Part shown: piece by piece, positions 26,937 to 36,828 of the stretch
Numbering within the stretch: position 1 is the first letter of the stretch
Layout of the letters: the number at the start of each line of letters is the position of its first letter
Origin: an uncultured virus (IMG/VR IMGVR_UViG_3300047356_001345)
Lineage: Duplodnaviria; Heunggongvirae; Uroviricota; Caudoviricetes
Direction: 5' to 3' (one strand)
Length of the DNA stretch: 58,411 nucleotides
Virus record (IMG/VR): IMGVR_UViG_3300047356_001345
Notes under the pieces: generated by a model
The model's input: the letters and a program-made list of their open reading frames with translations, nothing else
The model's database searches: none
What the model was told of the DNA's origin: nothing
Made by a program: the position numbers and the translations under genes

Positions 26937-29641
26937 AATGTCATATAAATTTCTCTTGCTTCTTCAAAATCTGGTATATCTTTAAATGCAGCATCAAGTC
27001 TAGCATTCATACTAGTATCGTTATACTTAAACAGATAAGGTTCAAGTATGCTTAATGCATCTTCTATAGTATTGTCATTCCCGTATTCGTCGTCTAATCC
27101 TACAGACTTGTATAATTCTTCGAGTTTTTTCATAAATGCTAATAAATTAATTGAGGATATAAGCTCACCTCTGCCCGCAATATCACCTCTGAAATTTTGT
27201 AATTCGTCAAGCACACTACTAATTTCATCTACGGAATTAATTATCTCTTCTTTGTTATCCTCTGCGTCTTGTTCTTTGGGATTAATGCCTATTTTATCTA
27301 ATAGCGCCAGTGAGTCTTCGTCTGATCTCCACCAATCTTTTTCTTCTATTACACGTTGTAGATCACCATCAAAATATTTGTCTACTAGATCAAAATCTTC
27401 TCTGCTAACTAATGATTTTACAAGTCTTCTAAGGTGCTCCTCGTCGACATTATTAAACACACCTAAGAATGTAGTTCTATCTAATGCCTTTTTGAATTCA
27501 TCTGCAACACCTTTTGGTGCAACAAAAGCAATTACCTCTAACGGACTTTTGCCTTTACTCTCAGCAAATTTTGTTAATAGTTTTGCCATTAACGGATTGC
27601 TATCAGTTGTGTTTTCAGAAAAGAATTTGTTTGTCCACGCATTGTCGCCTTTTCCACCAAGTTCAAATTCAATAAATTCACCTGTCTGTTGTTTGAATCC
27701 AGGATAAATTGTGTCAATGTATAATTTACTTGGATTGTTTTGTTCGAATATAAGGTCAATTGCTGCTAAAATAATGTCTTCTTTTTGGCTTGCTAGATCT
27801 CTAACAATATCAAGTTCTTCGTCAGTTAAAGCTATTTCTTCCTCACCGTCTGGTATTTCAAATGCTCTACTTCCTAGTCCTTCGTCTTGGTATCTTTCAT
27901 CGAAATAAATGTTAGCATTTCCGCCATCTATCTCTCCATCGCCGTCATTATCTTCGCCATTGCCCACTAACCATTGTCTATCTCTAGCAATTGCGCTTTC
28001 AAAAAATGCAGTAGGATCAGTACCTGATTTTGCATATACTGTGCCTTCTTCAATAATACCTTTAAGTCTCAATGGGCCTAACGGAGCATACTCTGCAAAT
28101 GGTGGCAAATGTGCGTAAAATCTTACCATTTCAGGATATGTATTATTCATAACATCTATGAATGCATTTATTGCTGAAATTCTTTCGTCTAATGTAGGTG
28201 CTGCATATAAATCAGGAAGTGTGCCACCGGTTGATTCAATTGCTGATCGTAGTAATGCATCTTCTAATATAACATCAAAAACCTCTGGTTCTATATCTGG
28301 CCTTGTTCTAGTCATTACGGCCATTATTTCAAATTCTTTATCACTGTTTGGCGCAGTAACAGTTATGCTATCTTGTTGTCCAAATTGTATTGCGCTATGA
28401 TATATACGTGGATTTATTCTTTTTATTCTAAGTAGATGAGAAACAAATATACGTTCATACAAAGCTTCGTCTAATTCGTCTACCATACGTAAACTTAAAT
28501 TATTACCTGTTAAACTATTATATTCAGATGCAACTATATCATAATCTTTTGCATTTGCAAGTTGCATCATAGCTTCTTCTATACTAACATCGTTGCTTTC
28601 AACACGAGCAGAAGTAAACACAGCAAAATAACGATTCTCAAATGCTTCTTCTATTTTTTCAGCCAACTGCCTTGCTGTAATTTGATCTATATTTGCTACA
28701 TCATTTTGCTCGGACTTAGCATCTTCTTCTGCTTGTTTTTGTAGTCTGTCTTGTATTGTTTGTGATCCACGTTCAAATTGGTATTGTGCAATACTAGCAA
28801 AATGTATGTATAATAGTTTTGGTTTATTTAAATCTTCTCTATTTATATTAGGACCTAAATAAGTGGTTTGTAAAAGTCTTAATCTTTCAAAGCCAGGAAT
28901 TAATGTAGTATCGCCTGCTATTTTACTAGGAACTTTAGTTGTTGGAGGTAAAGGACGCAAAATAGCACGTAGATTATCAAAAAGTAAATCTACATTTCTT
29001 GATTTGTTCATAATTGAATCAATACTATCATCTACATAATCTTTTATTAAGTCAGCTGTTGTGCCTTCAAATTGTCCTGTAAATCGTTGATTAACAATCG
29101 GAGTTAATACTGCTGCCCATCCATCTCTGCCAATATTTTGTATAAAAGTAGCATAATCAGTAACATTGTTAACATCACCGTTTGCAAATCTATTTTCATC
29201 AAATGCTCTACGTATTTTTACAAAATTATCTAGTGCAGTTTGTAATTCTCTATTTTCTAAAAAACCTAAATTATTCAAAGGAGCCAGTAGTATTTTACCA
29301 TCTTCTTGATTAATAACTCCATTTACTGTCAAAGGCCGTGTAGTCGAATTAGCAGGTAAATCGGCAATTTGGATGTTAATGCTTTCTTGCCACGTTCTTA
29401 TAGCATTTCCTAAATTAGCATCAAATATACCTGTTTCGCCGCCTGTCCACGCTTTGTCGTTATTAGGCCACCAATTACCTTCTGTTCTTTCGCCTTTTGC
29501 TAGAGAATGTTTTGCCAAAGCCCGCTGTATAGATTTAATTAATTCTTGGTCATTACTATCAGGACCAACGTAAACATTAATGTTTCTATTACTAGCAAAA
29601 GCTCTTAAAGCATCTTCCTTTAAGACGTCAAAAAGTTTCAT
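26918..29641 (-). CDS. Large acidic virion-internal protein candidate (PG-binding-like N-terminus, annexin-like repeats)
   Basis: MKLFDVLKE leader; IQRAL...G.F......AI..WQ; two helical repeats. Confidence 0.55.
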   Translation of the reverse strand: MKLFDVLKEDALRAFASNRNINVYVGPDSNDQELIKSIQRALAKHSLAKGERTEGNWWPNNDKAWTGGETGIFDANLGNAIRTWQESINIQIADLPANSTTRPLTVNGVINQEDGKILLAPLNNLGFLENRELQTALDNFVKIRRAFDENRFANGDVNNVTDYATFIQNIGRDGWAAVLTPIVNQRFTGQFEGTTADLIKDYVDDSIDSIMNKSRNVDLLFDNLRAILRPLPPTTKVPSKIAGDTTLIPGFERLRLLQTTYLGPNINREDLNKPKLLYIHFASIAQYQFERGSQTIQDRLQKQAEEDAKSEQNDVANIDQITARQLAEKIEEAFENRYFAVFTSARVESNDVSIEEAMMQLANAKDYDIVASEYNSLTGNNLSLRMVDELDEALYERIFVSHLLRIKRINPRIYHSAIQFGQQDSITVTAPNSDKEFEIMAVMTRTRPDIEPEVFDVILEDALLRSAIESTGGTLPDLYAAPTLDERISAINAFIDVMNNTYPEMVRFYAHLPPFAEYAPLGPLRLKGIIEEGTVYAKSGTDPTAFFESAIARDRQWLVGNGEDNDGDGEIDGGNANIYFDERYQDEGLGSRAFEIPDGEEEIALTDEELDIVRDLASQKEDIILAAIDLIFEQNNPSKLYIDTIYPGFKQQTGEFIEFELGGKGDNAWTNKFFSENTTDSNPLMAKLLTKFAESKGKSPLEVIAFVAPKGVADEFKKALDRTTFLGVFNNVDEEHLRRLVKSLVSREDFDLVDKYFDGDLQRVIEEKDWWRSDEDSLALLDKIGINPKEQDAEDNKEEIINSVDEISSVLDELQNFRGDIAGRGELISSINLLAFMKKLEELYKSVGLDDEYGNDNTIEDALSILEPYLFKYNDTSMNARLDAAFKDIPDFEEAREIYMTLWEEFN

Positions 29642-30370
29642 TTACATTCCCATTTTTACACTAAGTGCAGCATACAACTGATCTTTAATACTGTCAACAC
29701 TTGATTCTTTTGCATTTTTAGTTGCTGTAGCATACATTACTGCTTCTGCATCATCACCGTAACGATCTTTAAAGTCGCTTTTGTTTTTCTTCATACCTTT
29801 AACAAGACGTTCTTTTTCTTTTTCTTCACCTTTGGAAAGTTCTCGCTCATTTACAGATTCTTCCATACTTGTTGCGGCTGCTGTTGCTGCTTTGTTAATT
29901 TCTTGTTCACTTGCATCTGGCATAATGGCTTTAATCGCACGATAGATTGCTTTATACAATTCACCAGTTGGGCTAAATCCTATTTTTTTAGCAATACTTC
30001 CTTGACCAAAGCTTTTGTCAATAGCAGTCGTAAATGCATCATCATCTTCGCCAACTAACTTGTCTTTTAATGGATGTTTAGTCCGCCCTGGTTCTGCTTT
30101 AGGCATTGGATCTTTACCACGAGCATAGTCACCGTGTTTTTGACCTTCATTTATCTTAATGCCTGCTAGTGCTGCAAAATCTCTAACACTGTAATCTTTA
30201 TCCATTTGTAATGAGCCTTCTGGCACCGCGGCACTTTCTGCAATATAGTCTACTTTTTCAACAGGTGCCGGAGCATTGCCACCTGCTTGTGCTCGTAGTT
30301 GTGCTAATTCTTGTTGTGGATCCACTGGATCCATTGCAAATAGTTTGTGTTGTAATGCATTGTAATCCAT
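29642..30370 (-). CDS. Putative prohead core / internal polyprotein
   Basis: LAGI motif; modules separated by IAE, INE, VGE and VNE. Confidence 0.6.
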   Translation of the reverse strand: MDYNALQHKLFAMDPVDPQQELAQLRAQAGGNAPAPVEKVDYIAESAAVPEGSLQMDKDYSVRDFAALAGIKINEGQKHGDYARGKDPMPKAEPGRTKHPLKDKLVGEDDDAFTTAIDKSFGQGSIAKKIGFSPTGELYKAIYRAIKAIMPDASEQEINKAATAAATSMEESVNERELSKGEEKEKERLVKGMKKNKSDFKDRYGDDAEAVMYATATKNAKESSVDSIKDQLYAALSVKMGM

Positions 30371-30380
30371 TGCGAATTCC

Positions 30381-30896
30381 TTACATTTTTACGCAGTTGT
30401 CTACAGTTTTACCGCCTTTTTTCTTAGTGCCCATACGCTTGTAGCCTTTCCAGCATACTTTGCCGTCAACACCTTTTTGCTTTTCTTCTGGGAGTGTAGT
30501 ATAACTTGGCTTACTACAATCAGGACATAAGTCTTTTGACTCTGTTATTTCTTTCATTTTCATAGCTAAACTTCCTTTGTATGATTTGATTTCTCCGTCA
30601 CTTAAAATTTTAGTAAACTTTTTTGGTTTGACAGACTCTGGAATTTTTGGTGAATCCATATTCATTTCATAATCTAAGCTATGGAATACACTACTTAAAT
30701 AATCTGCTGCTTTTGTTATTTTAGCTTGTTGCCATCCCTCAATGCCTTCTGCTTCACTTACGTTTTTCATCATTTCGTGAAGTTTGATAGAATACTTGGC
30801 AATTTTATACAAATCACTACGTGCCATTTGTACTTCGTGATCACGTTCTGCGGCGTCTGCTAGATCCGCAAGACCTTCTTTGATTTTGTCTTTCAT
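30381..30896 (-). CDS. Putative internal head polyprotein (start MKDKIKE)
   Basis: GGAG RBS before the ATG at 30896; C-terminal CWKGYK...NCVK module. Confidence 0.6.
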   Translation of the reverse strand: MKDKIKEGLADLADAAERDHEVQMARSDLYKIAKYSIKLHEMMKNVSEAEGIEGWQQAKITKAADYLSSVFHSLDYEMNMDSPKIPESVKPKKFTKILSDGEIKSYKGSLAMKMKEITESKDLCPDCSKPSYTTLPEEKQKGVDGKVCWKGYKRMGTKKKGGKTVDNCVKM

Positions 30897-30906
30897 TATA
30901 TGCTCC

Positions 30907-30932
30907 AAATAGTAATTACTATACTATTTATC
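30907..30932 (-). promoter_or_regulatory. Late promoter GATAAATA overlapping a hairpin
   Basis: GATAAATA at 30925-30932; 8-bp inverted repeat at 30907-30914 and 30922-30929 abutting the RBS. Confidence 0.6.
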
Positions 30933-30940
30933 TAAGAGCT

Positions 30941-31459
30941 TTAGGACTTTTTCTTTTTCTTAGATTTTGGGGAATTAGTTTTTGCTGTACCAGTTCTACT
31001 TTGCATAGGAGCCATTGGCTGTGCTACTGCTGCTACTGAACCTGCACTTGTAGTTTCGTGCATACTTTCGCCTTTAGCATACATTTTTGCATCGCGATCA
31101 ATCTCGTCATCACTCGGTGCATCAAAATCATTATCAGTATTGTTTGTATCATCTAATCCGCCATCTTTGTGATCAGCTTTGAGTTTACTTTGTTCTGCTT
31201 GTACTTTTTGCGCAAATGCAACTAACTTTTTAATTACTTCTCTAGGAATACGACTTTTCTTTTCTACATCTGCTAAGTTTTTAGGACCAAATGTTGCACC
31301 ATAACTTGTGAGTTCATCTCCAACTCTTGCCATAGCATTGCTTAATGCATCATCTTTAACAGTAGATGCCTGGGTTTTTAGAATGTGACCTAACGTAACT
31401 AATTTACGTTCTTGAGGTGTTAAATCAAAATTATCTGTTGCAATCTCATTTATCTTCAT
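30941..31459 (-). CDS. Putative internal head protein (MKINEI leader)
   Basis: Leader motif, GGAG RBS and a Lys-rich tail. Confidence 0.6.
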   Translation of the reverse strand: MKINEIATDNFDLTPQERKLVTLGHILKTQASTVKDDALSNAMARVGDELTSYGATFGPKNLADVEKKSRIPREVIKKLVAFAQKVQAEQSKLKADHKDGGLDDTNNTDNDFDAPSDDEIDRDAKMYAKGESMHETTSAGSVAAVAQPMAPMQSRTGTAKTNSPKSKKKKKS

Positions 31460-31559
31460 TGTATTTTCTCCAATATGCGTTGCGTTCGTTTGTACTTGCT
31501 CTACGTGCTTCGTGTTCTTTATATTTAGTTATGTAGTGTGCAAGTTCTTCTTTTGTCAT
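31446..31559 (-). CDS. Small hypothetical protein (37 aa)
   Basis: Read by hand: MTKEELAHYITKYKEHEARRASTNERNAYWRKYNEDK; ATGA overlap with the upstream gene. Confidence 0.5.
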   Translation of the reverse strand: MTKEELAHYITKYKEHEARRASTNERNAYWRKYNEDK

Positions 31560-32290
31560 TTCTTCTTACGTCCTGACTTCATATTAGCACACCAGTGATA
31601 CATTTTAGCCTTTTCGCCACTTGCGTTCTTAGCACGTTTGCGTAATGCTGTTACACTACCATTACAACTAGCACCCGACTTCTTTACTCTACCAGGACGA
31701 CTTTTGCCTTTTTTCTTACCATCAGCAAAGTTTTCACCGACTGCTTGTTTAATTGCTTTTGCTGTTCTTTCAAACTTGTGATCTTTATACTTGAAACCAA
31801 TTCCGCCAGCATCTTCCCAAGCATTTATATTGACACCATAGTCATCAATTAATATATTAGATGTTCCATCATCATTTTTTGCAAACTGTGGTTTATTGTG
31901 TGTAATGTAAACATCTTTTGGAGGGAAAAATGCTAAATTCTTTTTGATCCATTCACGCTTATGTGGTTCAGACTTTGGATCATCAGCTAATGGAGTACTA
32001 CAAATATAATATTCATTTTTTACTTTTTTTACCAAACCAAGTAAATCTTTTGCTTGTGGTAATAAAGGCAAGTTTAGCCAAAATTCGTCAGTGTCTCTTA
32101 TCTTTTGTAGAGCATCATCTATATTGTGTTGTTTATTAATTTGAGTGAAATGATCAACTTGCATAATCTTTGCCCATTCACCAAAAAAATCAGCAAGTAC
32201 ACCATCCATATCAATATATATTTTTGTATTTGGATTTAATCCTACTTCCTCTTTCAAAGAAGCAAAATTTTTAATCTCAGAAAATCGCAT
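31556..32290 (-). CDS. HAD 5'(3')-deoxyribonucleotidase-like domain with MRFSEI leader and basic C-terminal module
   Basis: IDMDGVLADF, K.EW and ILIDD motifs; GGAG RBS before the ATG at 32290. Confidence 0.8.
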   Translation of the reverse strand: MRFSEIKNFASLKEEVGLNPNTKIYIDMDGVLADFFGEWAKIMQVDHFTQINKQHNIDDALQKIRDTDEFWLNLPLLPQAKDLLGLVKKVKNEYYICSTPLADDPKSEPHKREWIKKNLAFFPPKDVYITHNKPQFAKNDDGTSNILIDDYGVNINAWEDAGGIGFKYKDHKFERTAKAIKQAVGENFADGKKKGKSRPGRVKKSGASCNGSVTALRKRAKNASGEKAKMYHWCANMKSGRKKK

Positions 32291-32618
32291 CCAAGTCTCC
32301 ATTTGTAATAGCTGAAAATATGCTTCCTGGTTTTTTGGGCCTGATTGCAATATCTTCTAAACTATGCCCACCTTCTATGCAAGCCCATTCCATTGCTGTA
32401 TAACGTGGTTGTGTGCTTTCTGCTAATCCTAAATTATAAAGAACGTTTGTGCTGTTACCTTTTACTTTTTTACTTAGAGTAGGAGGACGTCCGTCTTTGT
32501 CTACTTTGTTGCCAAACTTTGCTGCTTCAATACTGGTTTGGTTCACACCGACATCAGGAGTAGTGTTTACACCTTTTACAATACGTCCTACACCTTCATC
32601 TATGTGTTCAATCTTCAA
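32277..32618 (-). CDS. Putative internal head protein
   Basis: TTG start after AGGAG; MKIEHIDE leader. Confidence 0.6.
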   Translation of the reverse strand: MKIEHIDEGVGRIVKGVNTTPDVGVNQTSIEAAKFGNKVDKDGRPPTLSKKVKGNSTNVLYNLGLAESTQPRYTAMEWACIEGGHSLEDIAIRPKKPGSIFSAITNGDLDAIF

Positions 32619-32814
32619 CTGGTTTTTCTCCTGTTAAGTGTGGCTGACTAAACCAAAGTTTAAACCATTCTTCTGTGCCAGGTTGTATTTTCTTTTTACG
32701 TTGAATACGAGATTTTTCTGTGCCTGTTACACTTATATTCTCAGGGACATACGGAGTGAACCCTGTAAATTTATTACGTATACCTGCAAGATGTTTTAAG
32801 TCGGCAATATCCAT
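32608..32814 (-). CDS. Putative head-associated protein
   Basis: LKHLAGI motif; IQPGTEEWFKLWF. Confidence 0.6.
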   Translation of the reverse strand: MDIADLKHLAGIRNKFTGFTPYVPENISVTGTEKSRIQRKKKIQPGTEEWFKLWFSQPHLTGEKPVED

Positions 32815-33338
32815 TAGACTGCTGCTTTTCTCGCCTGGCTAATTGCTCGTGCTAAATCTGCAGGAGCTGCTTTTGGAAACTTTTTTCGCATATCATTTAG
32901 TAACTGTTTGTCTGTTTTAAAATTTAGGCGTTTTTTTGCAAAGTCCATATAATCTTTAAACGGATCTTTTCCACCGTGCATAATTTTGTTACCAACATTC
33001 TGCACAAAATCCATAACACCTTCATTTACTTCTTGTAATTCGTCTTGTATTAATTCACTTACAAGAACTGTTATATCTTTTTTATTTAATAATTCGTTTG
33101 GTGCAAAAGGTAATTCAAATTTAGAACAATAATTTTTTAAACCGTTGTTTACCATATCGTACAAGCATTTAGGTTTCTTGGTTTTCTTATAATCTTCAAA
33201 AGCCGGAAAAAATGATTTCCTATAAAACATTGGGTCATTTCTTATGTAAATTTTAAGATCTTCTTTTACATCATAATCAGGAGCTGGATAAATTTCTTTA
33301 GGAATATCCATATCGTGAAATTCATTTATTTTTACCAT
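32814..33338 (-). CDS. Putative internal head polyprotein (MVKINEF leader)
   Basis: Leader motif and an internal EVNE/G boundary. Confidence 0.6.
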   Translation of the reverse strand: MVKINEFHDMDIPKEIYPAPDYDVKEDLKIYIRNDPMFYRKSFFPAFEDYKKTKKPKCLYDMVNNGLKNYCSKFELPFAPNELLNKKDITVLVSELIQDELQEVNEGVMDFVQNVGNKIMHGGKDPFKDYMDFAKKRLNFKTDKQLLNDMRKKFPKAAPADLARAISQARKAAV

Positions 33339-33904
33339 TTTCTACAACTCCAGTAACGTGCCTTATGACGTGGTCCTGGATTACTACAGTTGTGTCTTGC
33401 ACGGAAACTTCTTCTACGTGCTGCATTGTCTTTTTTAATCCTTGCACCTTTTTGTCCAAAGTTTACTTTAACTACGTTGCCTTTTGGATTCTTAACATAT
33501 ACTTTAAACTTTTTAGTATCGCCTGCCATTGGCTTGCCTAGTTTGACTTTACGTCCTTGATATTCTGCTTCCCATACACCTTCGTCATCCACATATCCTG
33601 GATATCCAAAATATTCGTGAAAGTCTTGGTTATCTTCTAATGTTACTTCATTAACATTATCAAACTCTTCTGTTGCATTTATTTCAAAATCATTTAGTCC
33701 TAGTTCGAACAGTTTCATTGCTACTCCTTTTATTTCATCCTCATTTAGTGCAAACATAGTGTCAATGGTAACTGTCAAAGAGTTTTTACTTTCTTCTAAT
33801 GTGTACTCACTTACATTTTCAAATAGTTTATTGTTTGTAGTAGATAGAGTTTCTGCTACAAGTTGATGATCAAAGTTTGCAAAGGTAATACTTAAATAGT
33901 GCAT
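33332..33904 (-). CDS. Putative head polyprotein with acidic N-terminal half and very basic C-terminal domain
   Basis: The basic module AEYQGRKV...RARHNC...YWSCRKW begins after VWE. Confidence 0.65.
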   Translation of the reverse strand: MHYLSITFANFDHQLVAETLSTTNNKLFENVSEYTLEESKNSLTVTIDTMFALNEDEIKGVAMKLFELGLNDFEINATEEFDNVNEVTLEDNQDFHEYFGYPGYVDDEGVWEAEYQGRKVKLGKPMAGDTKKFKVYVKNPKGNVVKVNFGQKGARIKKDNAARRRSFRARHNCSNPGPRHKARYWSCRKW

Positions 33905-33917
33905 AATACTATTTATC
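33893..33917 (-). promoter_or_regulatory. Late promoter GATAAATA 5 nt before ATG; hairpin with the ATG in its loop
   Basis: Minus strand TAAATAGT-ATTATGC-ACTATTTA. Confidence 0.6.
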
Positions 33918-34604
33918 TGTGTAAACTAATTGCTCTATTCTTTGTATGTTATCGCCTACTATCATTTGTGCTAATAATAATGCTTTTGTGTCGCGAACAT
34001 AAAAATAATAACCTTTTACATAACCTGAGGAAGCACACGTTTCCTTAGCTTTTGCACCTATTCTACCTAAATGAGGATTGCTATCTAACCATTTTGCTAG
34101 TGCAGGCTTACCACGTTGTCTTCCCAGTGTAATTTTGTATTCATAATTTGGAGGAGTATCTACTAAAATGATATTTTTATTATTTTGTAAAAGGCTTACC
34201 TGCAATGGATCTGGTTCATAAAATTCTATCCAATTTACTTTTAATTTATTAGATAGTCCAATTAAAAATTTTCTATCATTAGCATACAACATTAAATTAT
34301 TTAATTCAACACGTATTAAATAATCAATTTCTGTTTTGACTAAATGTCTATATATTGTTATTGCATCATAATAATGTTGATTATCGATTCTTTCTCTAAA
34401 AAGATTTCCGGAAAGATCTATTCCAGTTTTCTTAAAATTATGATGTCTATTACATTCGTCTAATTTGCCTTTTGCATAACTCAACGTACCTTCTTTTTGG
34501 AACTCTGTCCTAAAGAAAGACGAACATTGGTTGCGTATACTTAATTTATAAAGGTACTTATTATAATGTAATTTTTTAGATTCAAACAGTTTCATTTTCT
34601 TCAA
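33909..34604 (-). CDS. Hypothetical basic protein
   Basis: 231-aa ORF. Confidence 0.7.
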   Translation of the reverse strand: MKKMKLFESKKLHYNKYLYKLSIRNQCSSFFRTEFQKEGTLSYAKGKLDECNRHHNFKKTGIDLSGNLFRERIDNQHYYDAITIYRHLVKTEIDYLIRVELNNLMLYANDRKFLIGLSNKLKVNWIEFYEPDPLQVSLLQNNKNIILVDTPPNYEYKITLGRQRGKPALAKWLDSNPHLGRIGAKAKETCASSGYVKGYYFYVRDTKALLLAQMIVGDNIQRIEQLVYTDK

Positions 34605-36828
34605 CTAAACAATCTAATTGTATCTCATCATTCCTAAAATCAATAGTAACACTACCTCCGTTTTTTAAATTGCCAAATAACATCTTTTTACTTAATGGTC
34701 TTTTAATTTGATTATCAATTACACGTTGTAAAGGACGAGCACCCATTTTGGGATTAAACCCTTTATCAACTAAGAAGTCAAGTGCTTCGTCTGTAATTTC
34801 GATTGCAATGTCTTTTTCCTGTACTTGCTTTTTAAGTTCTAGTAAAAACTTACCAACAATTTTCATCATAACAGGTTTATCAAGTTTACCAAATGTAATT
34901 ACACCGTCTAGTCTGTTACGGAACTCTGGTGCAAAGTATTTTTTAAAGTCTGTATCTTCATATTCTTTATCAATATCTTCGCCGAATCCGATAGCATTTT
35001 TTTCTGCTTCTTGTGCGCCTAAGTTAGTTGTTAAAATAAGTGTACAATTACGAGCATCTGCTTCTTTACCATTAGACCCTGTGATTTTGCCATTATCCAT
35101 AATTTGTAATAAGATTTGTGATACATCTGGATGTGCTTTTTCGACTTCATCTAATAGTAGTACACAGTTTGGATTCTCTTGCAATTTAATAATTAATTGT
35201 CCTGCATCTTCTTCAAATCCAACATATCCAGGAGGCGATCCAATCAGTTTACTGATACTATGCTTTTCTTGAAATTCGCTCATATCAAACCGCACTAATT
35301 TCACACCTAGTTGTTCTGCTAATTGTTTACTAAGTTCTGTTTTTCCTACACCTGTTGGCCCCATAAACACAAAAGATCCTACTGGCTTGTTTTCACTTTT
35401 TAGTCCTGCTTGTGCAACTAGTATTTTGTCTACAATATCTTCTATAGCTTTATCTTGTCCATACACAACATTTTTTAAGTTATCTTCTAAGTGTGCTAAA
35501 TTTTCACTTTCACGTTCTTTGACTTGCTCTTCAGGTAAGTTAATCATTTTTGCCAGTTCAAATTGAATATTGTCTTCAGTGACAACTTTATTTTCTATTT
35601 GATCATTTACTTTGAACCTACTACACGCAACATCTATTAAGTCAATTGCTTTATCTGGCAATTTTTTGTCAGTTTGGTATTTTACACTGAGTTTTACCGC
35701 AGCAGCAATTGCTTCTTCTGTAATAGTTGTATTATGATAACTTTCATAATACTGTTTAATACCAGTAAGGATTTTGACTGTATTTTCTTCTGATGGTTCA
35801 TCTACGTTTACTCTTTGGAATCTACGCATTAATGCACGATCCTTTTCAAAGGATTTACGATACTCTTCCCAAGTTGTACTTGCAACAACTTTAAGGTTGC
35901 CTTTTGTCAAAGCAGGCTTTAACATATTTGCTAAGTCATTGCTACTATTGCTTCCGCTTGCTCCTGCACCACTAATCATATGTGCTTCGTCAATAAACAT
36001 AATAGTTTTGCCTTTTTTCTGCAATGCAGAAATGACTAATTTAAAACGTTCTTCAAAATCACCTCTGTATTTAGATCCAGCAAGCATACTACCAATATCT
36101 AATGTATAAACATTATATTCCTTGAGAAATTCCGGCACATTGCCATTAACAATATTAAATGCTAGTCCTTCTGCAATAGCAGTTTTACCAACACCTGGTT
36201 CACCAACCATTAATACATTGCTTTTCGTTCTACGTCCAAGTGCAAGAGCAACTTGTTCTAATTCTTCACTACGTCCAATAATGGGATCAATTTTATTGTT
36301 TTTTACAGCAGCGTTTAAGTCATCTGTAAACTCTTTAAGTGCTTTATTTGCAATACCTAAATTCTCAGGGCTCTCGTCATCAATTTGCCTATTAAATTCA
36401 GTGCTAATGTAATCTGCAAACTGCTGTTTGTTTACATTTGCTTGCTGTGTTATAAAATAAGCATAACTTTTCTTTTCACTAAGTATGCTTAAAAAAACAT
36501 CTGAAATTTCGATCATATTACGCATACTAAAAAGCACTTGTGTAAACGCTCTATTCAATACACGTTCTACTGTTTGTGTCTTAGCAGGTTTATAATCTTT
36601 TCCTTTTTCTACAACAATATTATCAAGTTTTGTTTTTAAAAAATTTTCTAAATTTTTCTTGATATATTCAACATCTGTACCATATCCAGTTACAAGATCA
36701 CAGAAATTATTTTCACACAACATTGCATATAGTAAATGCTCTAATGTGACATATTCGTGTCGTAGTTTTTTTGCATCTTTTACTACTTTGTCAAATACAA
36801 GTTGTAATTCTTTAGATGGTTCTACCAT
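34582..36828 (-). CDS. clpA: ClpA-type Hsp100 ATPase
   Basis: Clp-N domain; GEPGVGKT and GPTGVGKT Walker A motifs; IGF loop; GARPL; no ClpB middle domain. Confidence 0.92.
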   Translation of the reverse strand: MVEPSKELQLVFDKVVKDAKKLRHEYVTLEHLLYAMLCENNFCDLVTGYGTDVEYIKKNLENFLKTKLDNIVVEKGKDYKPAKTQTVERVLNRAFTQVLFSMRNMIEISDVFLSILSEKKSYAYFITQQANVNKQQFADYISTEFNRQIDDESPENLGIANKALKEFTDDLNAAVKNNKIDPIIGRSEELEQVALALGRRTKSNVLMVGEPGVGKTAIAEGLAFNIVNGNVPEFLKEYNVYTLDIGSMLAGSKYRGDFEERFKLVISALQKKGKTIMFIDEAHMISGAGASGSNSSNDLANMLKPALTKGNLKVVASTTWEEYRKSFEKDRALMRRFQRVNVDEPSEENTVKILTGIKQYYESYHNTTITEEAIAAAVKLSVKYQTDKKLPDKAIDLIDVACSRFKVNDQIENKVVTEDNIQFELAKMINLPEEQVKERESENLAHLEDNLKNVVYGQDKAIEDIVDKILVAQAGLKSENKPVGSFVFMGPTGVGKTELSKQLAEQLGVKLVRFDMSEFQEKHSISKLIGSPPGYVGFEEDAGQLIIKLQENPNCVLLLDEVEKAHPDVSQILLQIMDNGKITGSNGKEADARNCTLILTTNLGAQEAEKNAIGFGEDIDKEYEDTDFKKYFAPEFRNRLDGVITFGKLDKPVMMKIVGKFLLELKKQVQEKDIAIEITDEALDFLVDKGFNPKMGARPLQRVIDNQIKRPLSKKMLFGNLKNGGSVTIDFRNDEIQLDCLVEENETV

